DNA of 64,000 bases from Clostridiaceae bacterium (GCA_031549525.1 JAVBPQ010000060.1:6501-70500); one strand, 5' to 3'. Counted from the first letter of the stretch, positions 1 through 9,415 are shown. The notes: generated by a model from the letters alone, not told the origin. Translations and numbers: made by a program.

Positions 1-1
1 A

Positions 2-1483
2 AAGGATTACAAATATTCTGTAGTTTCTCAAACTACAGAAAAAGACGAGATATTTAATAATATTTGTGAATATCTAATAGATCATGAGTATGATATAAAG
101 GTTTATAATACAATTTGTTCCTCCACCAGGGAAAGACAGCTTGCAGCAGAAAAACTTTCTAAAATTGTTGATGTTATGATTATTATTGGAAGCAAAAATA
201 GTTCTAATACTCAAAAGCTATATCAGATATGTGTTAATAATTGTAAAAATACAATATTAGTTGAAAATTCCGATGAAATACCGGATAATATTATATACAC
301 TGACAAAAATAAAATGTTTGGAGTAACAGCGGGTGCATCAACACCTGAATGGATAATAGAGGAGGCTATCAGGAAAATGGATGAAAATAAGTTAGAAATG
401 AATGAACAACTTGCTTATATGGAAGAATTCGATAAAGTTCTTTCCATAGGTAGTTTAGTTGAAGGTCAAGTAGTATCTTTAGATGAAAATGAAGCTTATG
501 TGAATATAGGTTATAAAGCAGAAGCATTATTGCCTATTAGTGAGGTTACAGAGGAAGATAATGTTAAGTTAACAGAAGTACTGCATGCTGGTGAAAAAAT
601 TAAAGCTAAAGTCTTAAGTCTAGGAAATGAAACTAAACCACCTATAATTTCAATCATCGAAATTAGAAGAGAAGAGTTTTTAAAAGAAAGAAAAGAAGCA
701 TACGACGAACTTGAGAAATTTTCCGAAAGCGGAGAAGTTATCACTGTAAGAGTAACAAGAGCAGTAAAGGGTGGAGTTGAAGCAGATTATAAAGGAACAA
801 AGATATTTATACCAGCTTCACATATGGAGCTCATCCACGTTGAAGACCTTAGCATATATGAAGGCAAAAATGTAGATGTAAATATTATTGAATATACAAC
901 ACATAAGAGAAGATTACCAAGAGTCGTGGCTTCAAGAAGAGGACTTTTAAAGAATAAAAAACTTCAAATGGAAGAAATAACATGGGAAAAGATAAGACAA
1001 GGGGATATAGTTCAAGGTATAGTTAGAAGGATAACTAATTTTGGAGCCTTTGTTGAGGTTGATGGAGTTGATGGACTTCTTCATGTATCTGAATTATCTC
1101 ATGGAAGAGTTGAAAAACCAGAAGATGTATTGAGAATTGGCAGTGAAATAACTGTTGCAGTCATATCAGTTGATAAAGAAAATAAAAAATTGTCTTTAAG
1201 CCTTAAAAATCTTCTTTTAGATCCATGGTCAAATATTAAAGATAAATATCCAGTGGGAAATATTGTACTTGGTAAAGTTGTAAGATTTGCTTCATTTGGT
1301 GCATTTGTAGAGCTTGAACCAGGTGTTGATGGACTTATACATGTTTCTCATATAAGCACAAGAAGAGTTGAAAAACCAGAAGATGAATTACAAATTGGGC
1401 AAATGGTTAAAGCTAAAATACTTCAAGTGGATGATGAAAATAAAAAAATATCATTAAGTATTAGAGAAGTTGAAAATTTTTAA
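2..1483 (+). CDS. ispH: IspH (4-hydroxy-3-methylbut-2-enyl diphosphate reductase) C-terminal part fused to four S1 RNA-binding domains; 5' end lies upstream of the window
   Basis: Frame 2 is open from base 2 (KDYKYSVVSQTTEKDEIF...TICSSTRERQ...IIIGSKNSSNT...GASTPEW, IspH C-terminal motifs). Four S1-fold repeats follow (e.g. GDIVQGIVRRITNFGAFVEV, GNIVLGKVVRFASFGAFVEL). The track ORF 176..1483 is the same frame cut at an internal Met. Confidence 0.85.
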   Translation, partial: KDYKYSVVSQTTEKDEIFNNICEYLIDHEYDIKVYNTICSSTRERQLAAEKLSKIVDVMIIIGSKNSSNTQKLYQICVNNCKNTILVENSDEIPDNIIYTDKNKMFGVTAGASTPEWIIEEAIRKMDENKLEMNEQLAYMEEFDKVLSIGSLVEGQVVSLDENEAYVNIGYKAEALLPISEVTEEDNVKLTEVLHAGEKIKAKVLSLGNETKPPIISIIEIRREEFLKERKEAYDELEKFSESGEVITVRVTRAVKGGVEADYKGTKIFIPASHMELIHVEDLSIYEGKNVDVNIIEYTTHKRRLPRVVASRRGLLKNKKLQMEEITWEKIRQGDIVQGIVRRITNFGAFVEVDGVDGLLHVSELSHGRVEKPEDVLRIGSEITVAVISVDKENKKLSLSLKNLLLDPWSNIKDKYPVGNIVLGKVVRFASFGAFVELEPGVDGLIHVSHISTRRVEKPEDELQIGQMVKAKILQVDDENKKISLSIREVENF

Positions 1484-1507
1484 TAAGATAGAACATATAA
1501 TATACAA

Positions 1508-1541
1508 AAATGCGTATGCAAATTTGCATTGCGCATTTTTA
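1508..1541 (+). terminator. intrinsic terminator after ispH-S1
   Basis: Hairpin AATGCGTATGCAA / TTGCATTGCGCATT followed by a T-run, about 25 nt after the stop codon. Confidence 0.7.
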
Positions 1542-1623
1542 TTAAGTTAATAAATAGCTTAAAATTAGGAAAATAAAATAAACCATATGGTATGTATGTT
1601 ATTTTAAAATTATGCTATAAACA

Positions 1624-1651
1624 TTGACTTTTTAAAATAATTTGATAGAAT
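1624..1651 (+). promoter_or_regulatory. sigma-A type promoter for speH
   Basis: TTGACT, a 16-nt spacer, then TAGAAT with an upstream TG (TGATAGAAT), about 40 nt before the speH start. Confidence 0.5.
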
Positions 1652-1692
1652 TTAAGTAGATTTTATTTTTTAAAAGGAGGCATGCATATTAA

Positions 1693-2073
1693 ATGAATGG
1701 ATTGGGGCGCCATATATTGGCGGAAATATATGGATGCAACTCTGACTTATTAAACGATAAAAATTTTATCGAGAAAACTATGGTAGATGCTGCATTAAAA
1801 TGCGGAGCTGAAGTCAGGGAAGTAGCCTTTCATAAATTTAGTCCTCAAGGTGTGAGTGGAGTTGTCATAATTTCAGAATCTCACCTTACTATTCATACTT
1901 GGCCCGAGCTGGGGTATGCAGCTGTAGATGTATTTACTTGTGGATATAATATAAATCCTTGGGATGCATGTAATTATATGACAGAGCTATTTAAGGCAAA
2001 GAATATGACAGCACAGGAAATAAAAAGAGGAATTTTTGATAAGAAAGTATCCGTCAAGGTTTCAAATATTTAA
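1693..2073 (+). CDS. speH: S-adenosylmethionine decarboxylase proenzyme (pyruvoyl, class 1)
   Basis: [12 protein letters not shown]...[16 protein letters not shown]...AAVDVFTCG includes the ES/S self-cleavage site. An AGGAGG RBS lies upstream. Confidence 0.85.
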   Translation: MNGLGRHILAEIYGCNSDLLNDKNFIEKTMVDAALKCGAEVREVAFHKFSPQGVSGVVIISESHLTIHTWPELGYAAVDVFTCGYNINPWDACNYMTELFKAKNMTAQEIKRGIFDKKVSVKVSNI

Positions 2074-2099
2074 AAAGACTATCTTTAGATAGTCTTTTT
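2074..2099 (+). terminator. intrinsic terminator after speH
   Basis: AAAGACTATCT / AGATAGTCTTT hairpin followed by a T-run immediately after the stop. Confidence 0.7.
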
Positions 2100-2149
2100 A
2101 AATTATAATTTGTATATTATTTAAGTATAGTTTAAAGTATGAGGTTAGT

Positions 2150-3022
2150 ATGTTTAAATTTTCTAAGTTAACATTATCAAGCCTAAAGGATTTCCAAAAG
2201 TTAAATGATAAAAGATTATATTATAATTCCTTAAATAAAGAATTTTTTAAAAATTATTATGATAAAAGTGTTATTAATAGATTTTTTCTAAGAAAAGAAG
2301 TGTATTTAATAAAATATAATGATAAAATATGTTCATATATATGGTTATCACCAATAAGTTTAAGCGTTTATAAAGTTAAGGCCTTTTATATAGATGAGGG
2401 CTTTTCAAGTGACCTTCCCATTATAGAAGGATTGTTTTCGTTTATTAAAAATAAAATCATTAAAAATAAAGTATGCAAGATTAAAATAAGCCCTGGTTTT
2501 ATAATAAAGGATCACATAGAAAGATATATGCCCTCATCAAAGAGTGAAATTATAGAGTTATATTTTTATTATAGGAATTCACTTGATATAGATTCTTTAA
2601 ACGAAAAAATAAATATAAGAAAATTTATCATTAAAGAGGATGAGGATATAAGGTGTTATATTCAAAATGTTTGTTTTCATTCAGATGGTAATAATGTTAT
2701 AAATGTTAATGATATAAAATATGAGGAAAGAATGAACTCCTTTGTTAAAGATGGTTTAATTTTTGCTCAGATCAATAATAAAGATGTTGGTTTTGGACAA
2801 TATATCATGAATGGTTATGTTCCATATATTGTAAATATATGTGTCTTGCCAGAATATAGGAGTATTGGTGTTGGTAAAAAGATTGTCATGTTCATACTTA
2901 AACTAATAGAAAGCCATGGTCATAAAATTGCAAAGCTAAAAGTTGAATCAGATAATAAATCAGCTTTAAATCTTTATTTAAATATAGGTTTTGAAATTGT
3001 AAGCGAGGAATGCATCCTTTAA
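2150..3022 (+). CDS. GNAT-family N-acetyltransferase with an N-terminal domain of unknown function
   Basis: The C-terminal part (NICVLPEYRSIGVGKKIVMFILKLIES...ALNLYLNIGFE) matches the acetyl-CoA binding motif A/B pattern of GNAT enzymes. Confidence 0.65.
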   Translation: MFKFSKLTLSSLKDFQKLNDKRLYYNSLNKEFFKNYYDKSVINRFFLRKEVYLIKYNDKICSYIWLSPISLSVYKVKAFYIDEGFSSDLPIIEGLFSFIKNKIIKNKVCKIKISPGFIIKDHIERYMPSSKSEIIELYFYYRNSLDIDSLNEKINIRKFIIKEDEDIRCYIQNVCFHSDGNNVINVNDIKYEERMNSFVKDGLIFAQINNKDVGFGQYIMNGYVPYIVNICVLPEYRSIGVGKKIVMFILKLIESHGHKIAKLKVESDNKSALNLYLNIGFEIVSEECIL

Positions 3023-3035
3023 ATATGAAACCTTG

Positions 3036-3069
3036 CATCATTAGGATATGTGATTATATCCTAATGATG
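3036..3069. terminator. bidirectional terminator between the convergent GNAT and ade genes
   Basis: Perfect 14-bp stem CATCATTAGGATAT / ATATCCTAATGATG with a 6-nt loop and T-rich flank. Confidence 0.7.
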
Positions 3070-3074
3070 TTATT

Positions 3075-4802
3075 TTAATTATTATTTTCAATAGGTAAAA
3101 ACATCTGATCTATTACATTAAAAATACCTTTATCTGTTATCTTAACATCAGGTATAACAGGTAGTGCTAAAAATGATAAGAGCATGAAAGGATTTATTTT
3201 TTTATCTATGCCCATTTCATAGAGCTTCTCTTCCATCATATTTAAAGTACTTTGTATTTCTTCATAGGTTGCTTTTGTGAGTATGCCTGATATTTCAAGA
3301 GGAAGTATTAGGGGTATTTTATTGATTACAAGGGCAAGTCCACCACCACATTTTTTTAATTCATCTATAGCAATTAAAATATCCTCATCATTATCACCAA
3401 GCACTATTAAATTATGAGAATCGTGTGCTACAGTAGATGCTATTGCAGCATTTTTTATGTTTATTCCAGATAAAATTCCAAGGCCTATATTTTTATTTTT
3501 TCCATACCTTTCTATTACAGCAATTTTTAAAAACCTGCTATTTGGAATAAACTCATGGTTTACTTTAGGTACATTTTCTTTAGTAAGCTTAGTTACAAGT
3601 TCGTAAGGGATCACATTTATAACATTTGCATATTCATTTAAAATTTTTATCTTTATATCTTCCTTTGAGATTTCTTTTATTTTTATGGTATTTAACAATT
3701 CTTTTGGAATTAAAATTTTTTCTTTTTTATCTATATTTAATGAACTATTTTCGTATATTATTTTTCCATCTTTTATGGTCTTTTCTATATTAAATTCTTC
3801 TAAATTTGAGATTAAGACCATATCTGCTTTGTATCCTGGGGCAATTGCTCCAATCCTATTTAATCTATAAAGCTCAGCAGGGTAAATAGTAGCCATGCAT
3901 ATAGCGTCTATTGGATTAAGTCCTAATTTTATGGCCTTTCTTATGTTATTTACAATATGTCCTTCTTTTTTTATATCATGAAGATGTTTATCATCAGTAC
4001 AAAAACAACACATATATTTTGGAAGGTCATGTTTTAATATGGTTTTAATTAAAATATCTAAGTTTTTAGCTGCACTGCCTTCTCTTATCAATATGTGCAT
4101 TCCAAGTCTCATCTTTTCAATGACTTCTTCTTCAAGGTAGCATTCATGATCGGTTTTTATACCACAGGCACAATATGCATTTAAATTTTTACCATATAAG
4201 CCAGGGGAATGGCCATCTGCTATTTTATCCTTGAATAATTCTATCTTATTTATGATGTCGTCATCTTCTTTTAAAATATCTTCATAGCTCATAACTTCAC
4301 CAAGACCGATTATTCTTTCATGAGAGAATAATTTTTTCATCTCATCTGCATTTAAGTTAAAACCGTTAGTTTCAAAAGAGGTTGAAGGAACGCATGAGGG
4401 CATCATAAAGAATACATTTAATGGAATATTATTGGTTGCATCTAGCATAAATTTTATGCCATTTATGCCTGAAGTGTTTGCAATTTCATGGGGATCAGCT
4501 ATGACAGTAGTTGTGCCATGTGGTAAAACTGCACTTGCAAATTCTTGTGGCAACACCATGGAGGATTCAAAATGCATATGAGCATCTATAAAGCCAGGTG
4601 TTATAAAAGCTCCTTTTGCATCTATTTCATTAGAAGATGAATAATCACCTATTGAAGCTATATAACCTGACTGGATTGCAATGTCTGCTTTTATGATCTC
4701 TTTAGTAAAAACATTTACTATATTGGCATTTTTAATCACCAGTTCGGCCTCATATTGTCCTTTTGCAACAGAGATAAGGTCCTTTAAAATTGAGGCTTTC
4801 AA
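3075..4802 (-). CDS. ade: adenine deaminase
   Basis: 575 aa. N-terminal amidohydrolase metal motif GFIDAHMHFESS, HGTTTVIADPHEIAN and GLGEVM are typical of Ade. The start is TTG at 4802. Confidence 0.85.
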   Translation of the reverse strand: MKASILKDLISVAKGQYEAELVIKNANIVNVFTKEIIKADIAIQSGYIASIGDYSSSNEIDAKGAFITPGFIDAHMHFESSMVLPQEFASAVLPHGTTTVIADPHEIANTSGINGIKFMLDATNNIPLNVFFMMPSCVPSTSFETNGFNLNADEMKKLFSHERIIGLGEVMSYEDILKEDDDIINKIELFKDKIADGHSPGLYGKNLNAYCACGIKTDHECYLEEEVIEKMRLGMHILIREGSAAKNLDILIKTILKHDLPKYMCCFCTDDKHLHDIKKEGHIVNNIRKAIKLGLNPIDAICMATIYPAELYRLNRIGAIAPGYKADMVLISNLEEFNIEKTIKDGKIIYENSSLNIDKKEKILIPKELLNTIKIKEISKEDIKIKILNEYANVINVIPYELVTKLTKENVPKVNHEFIPNSRFLKIAVIERYGKNKNIGLGILSGINIKNAAIASTVAHDSHNLIVLGDNDEDILIAIDELKKCGGGLALVINKIPLILPLEISGILTKATYEEIQSTLNMMEEKLYEMGIDKKINPFMLLSFLALPVIPDVKITDKGIFNVIDQMFLPIENNN

Positions 4803-4972
4803 AAATCTGTCAATCCTTTCTTGTTTAAAATTTAAACTATTAGTGAACTTCTCCTATAGAGGTTGGAGCTTCATAAAGGAGCAAGCTCCTCCACTTCGCC
4901 CCTATGGCATAAGGCATTTAAGCCTACAGCTTTACTTAATAGTATTATACTATTTTTGTTTTTGCTTGAAAA

Positions 4973-5006
4973 GCAAAAAAAGCTATTGAAGATTCTTCAA
5001 TAGCTT
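4973..5006 (-). terminator. intrinsic terminator after the amidase gene
   Basis: On the minus strand, AAGCTATTGAAG / CTTCAATAGCTT (12 bp, 3-nt loop) is followed by TTTTTTT. Confidence 0.8.
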
Positions 5007-5052
5007 AATTATGATAACCACTAGAAAATAAATTCTAAAAGAGTTTCATTTA

Positions 5053-6006
5053 TTATGTTTTAAGTAAAGCGCTTAAAGTTAAAGTTTCTAGTGCAGTTTC
5101 GATGGCATCTGCTTCTACCCATCCAAGTGTTTCAAAGTGGAATGGATATGGTCTGCTTACATCAGCTATTCTTGTTATTGTTCCAGTTTGTTCATATGTT
5201 ACATTGCTTTGCCCATCGCCTAAACTATCAGCATATACATAACCTGCAAGTTTTACCTCAGTTCCTACTTTTATTTCTTCAAGTTTTGCTCTTGCGTTTG
5301 CAAATGCATCTATCCATGCTCCTGGAACATTTGCTGTCTTAGTTATATTTATTGCAGCTTCTACTTCTTTGAAAACATAGTAGTTACCTGGGCTTAGTAT
5401 TGTTTTAGCGTTTATGCCTTTTATTGCATCAGAAGCAGAATAATATCCTGGCAGACTTTTATATACTCTATAAGCTTGTTTAAATTCAGATTCTTCTTCT
5501 TGAAGGCCATTTAATGATCTTTGAACAAGAGCATTAAATTCAGGCCATCTCCCTTCTGATATAATAATTGTAGGACAATTTTTCCCTGACCAGTCTTTGT
5601 GCATGAATAGGGATGCCTTTGCATTGTAAATGTTGTGCCTTTTTAATATATCAGCAGCAAGCTCAGCAGCATTTCTTCTAGCAGTTTCTATATTGCTATC
5701 TTGGTTTACACAAATTTCAATTGAAATAGTTTTGAGATTTCCATTTCCACTACGTCCATCACCAGCATGCCAAGCGATTTCATCTTCAGGAATTGATCGA
5801 GTTATAAGATGGTCATCTACAGCATAATGCCAAGAAACAGAATTATATTGGCCTGAACCTTGTAAATATTTAGCATGATTAAGAGCTCCTGCAGTTGGGT
5901 TACGATTAGCCGTTTCGTGTATTGTTACACCTATAAAATTTGGAAGTCTATATAAAGGTCGGCAATTTGACCCTCTAGGAGCTAACATTTCTAAAACTTG
6001 CACCAT
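5053..6006 (-). CDS. N-acetylmuramoyl-L-alanine amidase (Amidase_2/PGRP fold, CwlA/XlyA-like endolysin type) with a C-terminal SH3b-like wall-binding region
   Basis: VTIHETAN...SWHYAVDD...AWHAGDG...SIEICVN...HKDWSGKNCP matches the CwlA/XlyA zinc-amidase signature. I place the start at the ATG 6006 behind AGGAGGA rather than the track start 6042. Confidence 0.8.
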   Translation of the reverse strand: MVQVLEMLAPRGSNCRPLYRLPNFIGVTIHETANRNPTAGALNHAKYLQGSGQYNSVSWHYAVDDHLITRSIPEDEIAWHAGDGRSGNGNLKTISIEICVNQDSNIETARRNAAELAADILKRHNIYNAKASLFMHKDWSGKNCPTIIISEGRWPEFNALVQRSLNGLQEEESEFKQAYRVYKSLPGYYSASDAIKGINAKTILSPGNYYVFKEVEAAINITKTANVPGAWIDAFANARAKLEEIKVGTEVKLAGYVYADSLGDGQSNVTYEQTGTITRIADVSRPYPFHFETLGWVEADAIETALETLTLSALLKT

Positions 6007-6480
6007 TTTCTTATCCTCCTTGATTATTGGCTTAAAAATCAAAGCCTATCTTATTTATATTCATAAAAATAAAAAAAGTTCTTTAAAGATGTCGAATATA
6101 TTAAGAAATCAAAAATTTAATACAAGTAAAGTATTTTGAATTTTTATACTTTTAAGGAAAATTTTGGAATTATGACATCTTTTCTTTTTTTATATAAAAA
6201 AAGAAATTTTTTAGATTTTTTCAAAGAGTTTTTAAAGAGTGTGTACATTAATTTTTATTTATATGATATAAAATCTGATGCTGAGGGAATATAGTCATGA
6301 AAATGATTGTAATTGTTCATAGTTGTATTATAATTATTATAGTAAGCCTTAGTAGCTTTAAATTTAAAGAAATATATATTTTGTATTAAAAAGATATTTT
6401 TTGTAACTATTGGATATTGCAATAATTTAAAATTTATAATTAACTTGCAAATCCGTTAGAATATATAAAGAGGTGAGACG

Positions 6481-7632
6481 ATGATAACTTCAACACTTGA
6501 AGAACGCTTAGAGATAAGAAGCGATTTACTTTCTGGCAAAATACCAAAGAGGATTCCTATTTATGCAACATTTTCATTTGAAGCTGCTTGTGGACTTGCT
6601 GGTGTGGATTTAATGAGGGCTCATTATGATATGTCACTTGTGGAGAAAGCGTATACATCTATCTGTGATACATTTTTTGTAGATGCTTTTCCTTCGAGAA
6701 ACTTGCGTTTTCCATCATCATATCAATTGCTTGGTGCGAAAAACTGGACCTTAGGTTCAAATGGTGTAGTTCAACATCCTGAAATAGAGAGCATGCGTGC
6801 TGATGAATATGATCAGCTTATAGAAGATCCATATGGATTTCTTATGACTACCTTACTTCCTAGAGTATGTACCGCTTTAGATACTGATCCTATAAACAAA
6901 AGCGTTATACTGTCAAAAGCATATGCTACCTATAATAAGAGTGTAAATGAGCATGCTAAGATCATTGCTTCCATCGTTCAAAAGCATGGGTATGGACCTG
7001 GGCTTATTGCAGGTTCTTTAATTGAAGCACCATTTGATTTTATAGCAGACCAGTTGAGAGGATTTAAAGCTATAATGATGGATATTCGCAGAATTCCTGA
7101 TAAAGTAGCAAAGGCTTGCGAGGCTATTTTACCTATGATGTTAAAAAGGGCTATGCCATTTTCAACAAAACCTGGAAATATAAGCTTTATACCACTGCAT
7201 TTAGCTCCATATATAAATATGAAGCAATTTGAAACTTTGTTTTGGCCAACCCTTGAAAAACTGGTGGTTGAGATGCATAAATGCGGAGTAGGTGCATACT
7301 TATTTGCAGAGCATGATTGGACTCGTTATTCTGATTTTCTTGAAAGATTGCCAGATACTTCTATTTATATATTTGAATATGGTGATTATGCAAAGCTTAA
7401 GAAAACTGCAGGTAAGGACCATGTAATTGGTGGATTTTTCAATCCTACGATAACTCTTACAAAGAGCAAAGAAGAATGCATCGATGAGGCTAAACGCATA
7501 ATCGAAACCTGTGCACCAGGAGGGCGTTTCTGCTTTAGTTTTGACAAAGGTGTCATGGATATCAAGAGCATAGATGTATCTAAATTGCAGGCAGTTTTAG
7601 ATTGGGTATATGCAAATACAGATTATAGATAA
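6481..7632 (+). CDS. uroporphyrinogen decarboxylase (URO-D) family protein, function unknown
   Basis: 383 aa. The overall pattern resembles the URO-D/MtaA-CmuA TIM-barrel family. I see no H-x-C zinc motif of MtaA-type methyltransferases. RBS is AGAGGTGA. Confidence 0.5.
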   Translation: MITSTLEERLEIRSDLLSGKIPKRIPIYATFSFEAACGLAGVDLMRAHYDMSLVEKAYTSICDTFFVDAFPSRNLRFPSSYQLLGAKNWTLGSNGVVQHPEIESMRADEYDQLIEDPYGFLMTTLLPRVCTALDTDPINKSVILSKAYATYNKSVNEHAKIIASIVQKHGYGPGLIAGSLIEAPFDFIADQLRGFKAIMMDIRRIPDKVAKACEAILPMMLKRAMPFSTKPGNISFIPLHLAPYINMKQFETLFWPTLEKLVVEMHKCGVGAYLFAEHDWTRYSDFLERLPDTSIYIFEYGDYAKLKKTAGKDHVIGGFFNPTITLTKSKEECIDEAKRIIETCAPGGRFCFSFDKGVMDIKSIDVSKLQAVLDWVYANTDYR

Positions 7633-7649
7633 TAATTCAGGAGGTTATT

Positions 7650-7799
7650 ATGAGCGAAAAAAAGTATTATCAGGATTTTGATGAATATTTAGCCCTTAAT
7701 CCACAAACCCCTTTAGAATACAGAGAGGTTATTGAACCTGTTATACAAGGAGCAGATGATGATTTTTTTGCATTTATATTAAGCTATATATTTATGTAA
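7650..7799 (+). CDS. 49-aa acidic small protein (below the ORF-track length cutoff)
   Basis: ATG lies 6 nt after AGGAGG, 15 nt downstream of the previous stop. Translation: MSEKKYYQDFDEYLALNPQTPLEYREVIEPVIQGADDDFFAFILSYIFM. It is followed by a 9-bp-stem hairpin (7817-7853). Confidence 0.45.
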   Translation: MSEKKYYQDFDEYLALNPQTPLEYREVIEPVIQGADDDFFAFILSYIFM

Positions 7800-7976
7800 G
7801 CTCTTATTTTTTGATCACTTGCTTGATGCCCATTTTAGGTGTGACAAGCAAGTTTGCAGGATTGGTTATATTATTAGCCTTATGGTTTCCTTTGGCAGTT
7901 TCGTTTTTAAACTTAATTTAAAGTAAATTAAAGAAAGGAGTAAAGCTACTTAAATTTAAGTAGTAGGTAAATTATT

Positions 7977-9401
7977 GTGGAAAAAACAAAATCAAAACTT
8001 TCTAGTATACTTTTAAATATGTTTGGCTTAGGTGATTTTGGATTTCAATTCTGTGCCAGCATGGAAATTTATTATTTTTCTTTATTTTTAACTGATTATT
8101 GCAAATTTGCACCTGAAATTGCTGGTTTAATATTATCAGTTACTGCAATTGTAGATATATTATGGGTTGTTGTGGCAGGTGTAATTGTACAAAAATCTAG
8201 TTTTAAATGGATGAAGTGGGGCAAGCATAGGTCATGGCTTATTTTTGGTCCTCCAATCACATATTTGACTTTTATATTTCAGTTTCTTTTTATAAAAGGT
8301 CCAATAGGTCCATATATAATAGGATTTGGATTTATTGCAAGTCACTTGATATGGAATGTCGTATATACTGCTCATATTTCTTTAATCAATGTTATGACAG
8401 ATGCACCTTATGAAAGGACAAAGCTCTCAACTTCAAGACAAGTATGGACTACAATTAGCAGAATTATATTTGGTTATGTAGTGCTTAATTTTGTAAACTC
8501 TGTAGCAGGAAATTCATCAGCTACAACATCACCTAAGAACCCTATGGGATTTACCCTTGCAGTATTATTGTTTCCACTTATTATGATTGTAGGATATTAT
8601 GTTGTATTTCTTCTTACTAAAGGTCATGATATAGATGCACATTTACCTAAAAACGTGAAAGCTAAGGAACCAAAAGAGCCACTTTTGTCGTTGATAGTCG
8701 ACACTTTAAAAAATACTCAGCTTTTGGTATTGATATTAGCTGATTTCTTTAGAAATTTATCTTTCTTTTTAGTGTCAGGTGCTGCTATCTATTTCTTCTT
8801 AAAAGTTTTCCAAGATAATAAAAACTGGGCTATTTATCTAGTGATAATAAATATTACAGGTTTTGTAGGTACATTAATTGCAGCTCCTGTTGCAAAACGC
8901 CTAGGTAAAAAGCTAACATATGTGGCAGGTGTTGCTTGCTATGCTGTATGTTTGCTTTTAATTTATTTATTTGCATCAACAGATATATTCTTCATAGTAG
9001 CTATGAGCTTAGGAAATATGCTTTTACAATTTTCAACTTGTATGATTACAGCTATGTTTGCAGATACTGTTACATATGGTGAATGGAAGACAGGTCATAA
9101 TTTACGTGGATTTATAATGGGATTGTTTTCTATGCCAATTAAGATTTCAATATTTGCAAGAGGAGCTATAATTGGGGCAATACTTGCAGCTATACATTAT
9201 TTACCTAATACACCTCCTACAGAAGCAGAGATTTCAGGAATAAAGACATTGACAGCGTTGATTCCAGCAGCAAGCTGTATAGCAGCAGCACTTATTATAT
9301 TTTTCCTTTATACATTAACAGATGATAAGCTTGTAAAGCTTACTGAAGAAATAAAAGCAAGAAAGTCTATTCCACAAGGTAAAGATTCTTATAAAGCTTA
9401 A
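7977..9401 (+). CDS. MFS transporter, glycoside-pentoside-hexuronide (GPH):cation symporter family
   Basis: 474 aa, about 12 predicted TM segments, N-terminal GLGDFG motif typical of MelB/GPH. GTG start; the in-frame stop 3 codons upstream excludes earlier starts. Confidence 0.7.
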   Translation: MEKTKSKLSSILLNMFGLGDFGFQFCASMEIYYFSLFLTDYCKFAPEIAGLILSVTAIVDILWVVVAGVIVQKSSFKWMKWGKHRSWLIFGPPITYLTFIFQFLFIKGPIGPYIIGFGFIASHLIWNVVYTAHISLINVMTDAPYERTKLSTSRQVWTTISRIIFGYVVLNFVNSVAGNSSATTSPKNPMGFTLAVLLFPLIMIVGYYVVFLLTKGHDIDAHLPKNVKAKEPKEPLLSLIVDTLKNTQLLVLILADFFRNLSFFLVSGAAIYFFLKVFQDNKNWAIYLVIINITGFVGTLIAAPVAKRLGKKLTYVAGVACYAVCLLLIYLFASTDIFFIVAMSLGNMLLQFSTCMITAMFADTVTYGEWKTGHNLRGFIMGLFSMPIKISIFARGAIIGAILAAIHYLPNTPPTEAEISGIKTLTALIPAASCIAAALIIFFLYTLTDDKLVKLTEEIKARKSIPQGKDSYKA

Positions 9402-9415
9402 GAATTTTTGAATAT

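Noticed and set aside
4850-4950. Purine (adenine/guanine) riboswitch upstream of adenine deaminase.
   Set aside because: The conserved junction and loop sequences of the purine aptamer are absent on either strand. Only generic hairpins are present, and these are reported separately as a low-interest leader.
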